The translations under genes and the position numbers were made by a program. Below the pieces are notes generated by a model. The model saw only the letters and a program-made list of their open reading frames with translations. It was not told where the DNA came from and searched no databases. From the human T2T-CHM13v2.0 reference genome, Homo sapiens: a stretch of DNA of 64,000 nucleotides. Below are positions 59,523-64,000 of the stretch, one piece after another. The first letter of the stretch is position 1; each line of letters opens with the position of its first letter. The stretch lies in NCBI RefSeq assembly GCF_009914755.1, contig NC_060933.1; one strand, written 5' to 3'.

Positions 59523-60073
59523 TTTTCTTTGTTTTCTTTCTTTTTTTAATTTTTATTTTATTTTTTGGAGTGGAGGTTTAAAAAGCAGAAGAAAGAGAAA
59601 GAAAAACAGTTCTCTATTGAGAGAGATGGGATTTCTGAGAGGAAAGACGGCTGGTGGCAGATGCGCCAGATTTACAGTCAGGTTTGAGGAGGTGGTGTCT
59701 GATTTACATAGGGCTCACAGGCTTCCCTGAACTATAAAATTTCCTGCACATTTTATAGAATGTGAGGGTAGAGAGGGTAGGAGATATGACGGTCACGGAC
59801 AGGAAAGGAGGAAATTAGGATAGAAAAGTTGAAGACCCTGTTGCTGACACCCATCGGGTGGTCAAAGGCTGGGGTCAGTCCAGAAGCCTTTGGATAGCAC
59901 CAGGGGGTAGCCTCAGCCAGAAATCCTCGTTTGCTACAGGACCTCTTCCAGCCCCAGATGATGGCTAAGTACTCTGTGAAAGGAAGCTGGTTCAAACATG
60001 GACAATATGCCCAGCAACCCATGGGCACCGGGGGATTCTCCATGTTGTCCTCAGCAAGCCTGTCCCCCAGATT
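59523..60073 (-). mobile_element. LTR9/HUERS-P3-like ERV1 fragment: internal piece joined to a partial 3' LTR and an A-rich tail
   Basis: tttgaggaggtggtgtctgatttacatagggc and ggagtggaggtttaa match LTR9 as I recall it. 59721-60073 resembles HUERS-P3-type internal leader. T-rich tract at 59523-59566. Confidence 0.7.
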
Positions 60074-60579
60074 TGAAGATTCTGTGGGTAGAAACAGTGG
60101 TAATTGGATGCTGAATGTGAAGAAAAGAGAGAAGTTCTAGATAATCCCTATCATTTTTCCCAAATGGTGGAGTGAAATGAGGTCACTCGTTAGACAGAGA
60201 ACCCAGGCAGAATGGCAAAAATTCCATAAAGAATAATTATATTTCCTCTTTCCTTTTAAAGAAATCCAAAAGTCCTCTTCCTTCTCCCCTTCCACATTTC
60301 CCTTCTCCTTTCCTTCTCCTCCTCTCTCTCCTCCTTCTCTTTCTTCTTTTCTTCTGTGTAGCTGGCAGCATTGGTATAAGCCAACAGGAAAAAGTGAGAC
60401 AAATCTCAGACTCGACAGAATGTGTCTTTTCCTGTCTCTTCCCCAAACAGCTTTCTAGATGCCAAGCTCTTTCCTACCTGGTGGTCATCTTGCTGCCAAT
60501 TGATCTCTTCCTGAAAGGCTTGTGTCTAACTACCCCCACCCATGAACACCCTCTGCACACACAAGACACAGACATTTAA

Positions 60580-60683
60580 CCTGCTGATGTCCTACTCATT
60601 ATTTAGGCTGTGTTTAATTGACATGTTCTAAGGAAAGTATTCACTATTTTTAAGCATTGACTCTCCACCTCACTACCATGAAA

Positions 60684-60718
<35 letters not shown>

Positions 60719-60970
60719 ATGCTCTGTTATATACTGCTCTGATTTTCTGTATCTTTCACTTTTTGCACTATCACAACTATAATAAAATATTTGAATTACT
60801 ATCTATATAATGCCCTTCTCTCCCATTAGTCCATAAGCACCAAGAGACAAAATCCATGTCTGCTTTCCTCACTGTGGTATCTTTTGAACTTATCACAGAA
60901 CCTGGAAAATACCAAGTTATAAACATATTCTGAATGAAATAATACAAACGAATCAATGAATGAATGATGG
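60580..60970 (+). mobile_element. L2 3' fragment with an internal (CA)n at ~60686-60714
   Basis: ccatgtctgctttcctcactgtggtatc..acagaacctggaaaata..tgaatgaa tail. Confidence 0.7.
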
Positions 60971-61300
60971 ATAAATGCAGTGTACTATAATAATGATGTA
61001 AGGAACCACTTCTAAGCACACAGAAAGCATAAGACAAATGTTCAAGACACACATGCACCTGTAAAATGAGTCTCTGATCAGGATAGCTGCTCCAATCATG
61101 GGACATTAGACACTTGGTCTTCCTGAGAATTACTCATTGGTAAGCACTTTACAGTTTATGAGCTTCTCTCACTTGCATTATCTCACATGATCCACCCAGC
61201 AGTATTGAATTGGAAGAATTATCAGTTCCAATTGCAAATGAAAAAAAAAGAAAAAGGCCCATGGAGACATTGTAATGACCCAAGGTGTCACAGAGACTGA

Positions 61301-61615
<315 letters not shown>

Positions 61616-62379
61616 AGGGTTAGCATTTAAATCCATGTTTTTAATTCTGAAGACATTTTTCTCCATACCTTGATGTCCTTCAGACAGATAGGCATTTACT
61701 AAGCACCGACTCTGCTATGTGCCAGGGATATGCAGATAAAATTGATTCTCTGTATGGACGCAAATAGATAAATAGACAGAATGGGTCCATACCTAGTGTG
61801 GAAGGAGTTGCAAGGAGTGGGCAACTTAGTCGGTTCTAGGACTGGCTCGAAGTCTGGAACCAGAGGACACAGAGCCAGGCAGGGGCAGCACCTCCCTTAC
61901 AGACAGGGCTAATCCCTGGCAAGTCAGGGCTGTGGAGTGCTTGGGGAATGACCTCAGAGACAGACAGGGAGGGCCCTGGTCTTGCCTGCTTAGCTGCCGA
62001 CAGTCCCAGATCCTAAGGTGGCCCAGTAACAGCAGGGGGACAGGGGGACCTGCCCTCGGTCCTCAGTTTTTTCATGGTCCTTGCCTCCCTTCCAAGCCCC
62101 TCTACTATCCTGGCACCATTTCTTCCTGGGCACCTAACGCAGACCTCATCCTCTGTCCTCTTTAGTTTTTATTAAAGAGACAGCTGATGAGGACTTAGAG
62201 TGCTACCCCTGCAGAGGAACAGAGAAGGGAGGTGTGTGGTGAGAAGAGGTTTGGTCAATGTGTGATTTTTCTTGCAATGCCCCTTTATCAACCTGAGGTA
62301 AGGGCACTTTGGGTACTTTGGTTTGGGTTGAGAAGATAATTTGGGATATGTTGGGTGAATGATTTGAAATGAAGCAGTC

Positions 62380-62525
62380 AGACCATTTAAGAACACGGGC
62401 TTTGGAATCAGAGATCTGAGTTCAAATATGAGTTTCACTGCTTCACTTCCTGATTATGCCACCTCAGGCAGGTTACTTGACATTGTTGTGTCTCACTTTT
62501 ATCATTTGCATCTGCAAAATAATTG
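62380..62525 (+). mobile_element. MIR SINE
   Basis: ttaagaacacgggctttggaatcagagatctgagttcaaat. Confidence 0.8.
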
Positions 62526-62596
62526 TCCTAAAAACCAATTCATAGAGTTGGCTCAAGGACACAGCTGGTACCAAGTGAATGATGGTCATACATGTA

Positions 62597-62629
<33 letters not shown>

Positions 62630-62661
62630 CAGAGAAAGGGAGGGAGGAAGAGAGTGTGTGT
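62597..62661. repeat. (TG)n(GA)n compound microsatellite
   Basis: Directly visible. Confidence 0.9.
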
Positions 62662-62669
62662 TTTTGCAT

Positions 62670-62880
62670 ATGACTTAGCATTTATTGAGTACTTCTTTGG
62701 TAGAAACTATGCTAATTGTCATGTGTATATGATTATCTGATACAGATTTTATTAAACCCATTTTACAGATGAGAAAAATGGAAGCTCAGACAACTTAAGT
62801 AATTTGACTCAGGTCAAATGGCTAGAAAGTGCAGACCCAGGATTTGAGATTTAAATCAGGTTTCTTGATGCCAAAGCACC
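62670..62880 (-). mobile_element. MIR SINE
   Basis: cccattttacagatgagaaaaatggaagctcaga..ggtcaaatggctagaaagtgcagacccaggatttga. Confidence 0.85.
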
Positions 62881-64000
62881 TGTGTATGGGTAGTCTTTCT
62901 AATACACAGCAAAGTGGAAGCTGTCTCTCTTGACCTTGAGCCACTCCTTGCGGCAAAGTTTCCAGTTAACATGAAACCCAATCAGATTCCCCAAAATAGC
63001 AGCCTGTTCCTCTAGGGAGAAGAGGAGCCCCACCCAAAGCTTGCTCCAGAGTCTTGGAGGAAAGAAAAAGGAGGGAGCAGAGAGTCTTGCTTAAAAATGT
63101 GACACATATTTTCCAGGAGCTGCCTCCAGGCCTGGGATGGAGATTCTGAGCATCATGATTTTAAACTTTTTACTTAATTTTTCATTCTTGCTTCAGGCCT
63201 GGGCAAGCTGGACTCTCGAGTCTTGAACAAAAATGGAAAAATAAGGGCTGCAGTTGAAATCATTTCACTGTGCCTATTTCACATGATGCTGCCTGCAAAA
63301 AATATAGCAAACAAGATTCCTCTGTTCAGTTTATCTCCAGAAAGAGGGAACCTGCATGGAGAAACTGTAAGGAGTGAGAGAGAGGTTTCGGAGAAAGATG
63401 AGCTTTAGCTTTGCAAAGGTGGGATTTGTTTTGCACAGTAAATTTCTGGAATTATTTCATTTGATTTCCCATTGTTTGAGTGTACTGGGTGGTACACCTT
63501 GTGCTAGGCACTGGAGGAGCTCTTAGAGGATTTAAAGAGTCATAATCTCTAAGTGATATGAGTAGTGGGGTTTGTTCAAAGAAGAGAACTAGCAAAGAGC
63601 AGGGCATAATGAACTAACTATAGGTCAATTTTCTCCTCTTTCAAGTCCTAGTTTAAACACAGAATACAAAATATGTCTTTCAAAATGATCATCTTTCACT
63701 AAAGGAAGCTGATTAAATGTACAGGTGCAGCCTCTAGACCTTCCTCACATGCTTTTCTCTAGCTGGAAGCAGAGCAATGCAATTTACATGGGCACTGTGA
63801 TCAATTCTTAACATGGGGATTGTGAAGCACTCAAAGAGACTTGATTGGATTAAAGACTGATAAATCTTTCCTTTAAGTTTTCTGAAAATGATAAAAAGAA
63901 AACAAACAAACAAAAAAAAAGAAATAAAATCTACTCCATCTTCCGTGAACGTGGAAATAGCTATAACCCTGAACCACAGACTTTGATATATTCCTACTTA

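Overview
This is primate nuclear DNA, almost certainly human, because it carries an L1 with the human-specific pre-Ta diagnostics. It is AT-rich intronic or intergenic sequence dominated by interspersed repeats. I find no supportable protein-coding host gene, tRNA, rRNA, CRISPR array or CpG island. The only ORFs with recognisable products are dead transposon fragments: L1 ORF2 pieces and a Tigger1 transposase N-terminus. The window holds about 15 Alu/FLAM copies, two young 5'-truncated L1s (an L1PA2-like copy at ~29.0-31.0 kb and an L1HS pre-Ta copy at ~41.85-43.0 kb), a full-length Tigger1 with two nested insertions, several MaLR solo LTRs, an LTR9/HUERS-P3-like fragment, many decayed MIR, L2 and L1M copies, microsatellites and several local tandem duplications. 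I see no evidence of a new biological system in the gene-cluster sense. The best leads are (1) the twin-primed L1HS with a probable micro 3' transduction, (2) an ERV fragment that looks like an L1-retroposed polyadenylated transcript, (3) plus-strand non-coding exon candidates and AG|GT recursive-splice-like sites, and (4) small mutation scars such as a template-switch hairpin in an AluY and templated duplications. Repeat subfamily calls come from remembered consensus diagnostics, not a database search. Boundaries of old elements are approximate.
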